From assembly GCA_964234715.1 (NCBI GenBank), contig OZ174281.1: DNA of 64,000 bases, one strand, 5' to 3'. Each line of letters starts with the position of its first letter. The stretch's first letter is position 1. The notes below the pieces were generated by a model. It was not told the origin of the DNA. It made no database searches and worked only from the letters and a program-made list of their open reading frames with translations. Below are positions 63,202 to 64,000 of this stretch, in pieces. Origin of the DNA: Podarcis melisellensis. Taxonomy: Eukaryota. The position numbers and the translations under genes were made by a program.

Positions 63202-64000
63202 GTAAGGAAGGCTCCCGCGCGGGGTTTCCCTACAGCCTGGAGGGCGGAGGGCAGGAAGAAGGCGGGCTTGGGGTGAGAGGGTGGCTGCTTCATAGGAAGA
63301 AACTTTTCAACAAGGAACGGCCAAGTTTGCACAAGAGCTTTTTTTGCGGGGACGTCTCACTGCCCCAACGCGACGCTCCTTGGATAGGAACGTTTCCTCA
63401 AATAAAAGGAAAGCGTGGCGTCAAATGAAAATGGCACTTTCCCCCACCCCATTAAATCTGCTCCTAGATTTAAGATCGTTAGGAAACTTTTGCCCCCTGG
63501 GTTAAATAACAGGGGCAAAAAGAACCCTTCTAATACTTTGAATTCTGGGTTTTTGGTGTACACACAGAAAGAAAAGTGGCTCGGATTTTATTGGGCAGAT
63601 GGCAATATCCTAGAAGGACTCTGGTGCAACGGTGGTCAACTTCTGTCCAAATTTTGCAAAGAAAAGTACACCCCCCTTTTTATATAAAAAACCCAATGAC
63701 TGGAATAGGATGGGGGTGGGAGGAGAGAGTGAAGTAGTTCAACCATTAATTGCAGGCAAATTTAAACTGGGTTTTAAAGAATCGGAGCAGTTCTGTGGAA
63801 AAACTAGATAATGGCACAGCTGGAGTCAATTTTATCTATTTTATTTTAACCCAACAGTTTATTTTGGCTATGTGTTTACTGTATATTGCTTAAACTGATG
63901 AAAACTTGTATCTATCAGTGATTTTTTTAAAAAAAGCATTGGGTGAGGAACTGGTGTAATTATTTTATTCCATGTACTGGTTAAATACTTTTTCAAAGCA

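Larger units (their letters stand above)
55550..63420. promoter_or_regulatory. Extended CpG-rich domain / CpG islands upstream of and over the PRDM14 5' end
   Basis: CpG density is visibly much higher than in NCOA2 introns. Strongest at about 55800-56550, 59800-61400 and 61950-63420. Judged by eye. Confidence 0.75.

Noticed and set aside
62130-63332. 400-aa minus-strand ORF
   Set aside because: Antisense shadow of the very GC-rich PRDM14 exon; low-complexity Arg/Gly content and no recognisable domain.

Overview
Vertebrate genomic DNA, most likely a squamate and probably a lacertid lizard, judged from Sauria SINEs, tRNA/CR1-tail SINEs, L2, CR1, RTE, hAT and Tigger MITEs. The + strand carries 20 coding exons of NCOA2 (SRC-2/TIF2/GRIP1), from the bHLH exon (1569) to the stop codon (48521). 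All have GT-AG boundaries and splice into one open frame of 4291 nt; the ATG exon lies upstream of the window. A long 3'UTR follows, interrupted by two N gaps. Next comes an ~8 kb CpG-rich domain leading to the promoter and first coding exon of PRDM14, identified by the YRFTAQELHAVLYG motif and the known NCOA2-PRDM14 synteny. I found no convincing wholly new system. The best second-look candidates are: (1) a 78-bp intronic inverted repeat that would bury the donor of a 48-nt stop-containing cryptic exon; (2) a Penelope-type minimal hammerhead ribozyme in an NCOA2 intron; (3) a frameshifted relic of an alternative NCOA2 exon extension; (4) an upstream in-frame ATG exon and a palindromic TATA box at PRDM14; (5) a possible intronic NCOA2 promoter that would give a bHLH-less isoform. 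Repeat family names come from recall of consensus features, not from a database search.
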